Source: Felis catus (Eukaryota). From it: a stretch of 64,000 bases of DNA. The position numbers and the translations under genes were made by a program. Every line of letters starts with the position of its first letter. The first letter of the stretch is position 1. Shown here piece after piece: positions 63,964 to 64,000 of the stretch. The notes below the pieces were generated by a model, which was not told the DNA's origin, made no database searches, and worked only from the letters and a program-made list of their open reading frames with translations. Location: contig NC_058368.1 in assembly GCF_018350175.1 (NCBI RefSeq), positions 143,780,001 to 143,844,000 of the forward strand, written 5' to 3'.

Positions 63964-64000
63964 TTCCAGTTCAGGGGCTGCATATCGGCCTTGAAGAGCG
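63964..64000 (-). CDS. SERINC5: SERINC5 coding exon (partial, runs off the window end)
   Basis: Minus strand reads ALQGRYAAPELE followed by the donor GTAAGT at 63963. This matches the SERINC5 segment preceding the Cys-rich loop. Confidence 0.93.

Overview
This is mammalian genomic DNA, almost certainly felid, because it is dense in tRNA-derived carnivore SINEs including the young cat-type subfamily. The right end carries the last four coding exons of SERINC5 on the minus strand, followed by a ~4.4 kb SINE-free 3' UTR ending at an AATAAA/GU-rich site near 52.36 kb. The rest is repeat-dominated intergenic DNA: an RPL18A processed pseudogene, a ~14 kb LINE-1 complex (one L1 nested in another, both inside a split MER102-like DNA transposon), several ERV solo LTRs with target-site duplications (TSDs), MaLR/MIR/L2 relics and roughly 50 SINEs. 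I see no convincing new biological system. The most notable items are retrotransposition oddities: a 7SK fragment fused into a SINE, a 36-nt U2 snRNA retrocopy inside L1 ORF2, two orphan TSD-flanked inserts, and a young LTR with a 4x37-bp enhancer array. A SINE cluster in the last SERINC5 intron could affect production of the antiviral isoform. Repeat family names come from recalled consensus sequences, not a database search, and repeat boundaries are approximate unless a TSD is cited.
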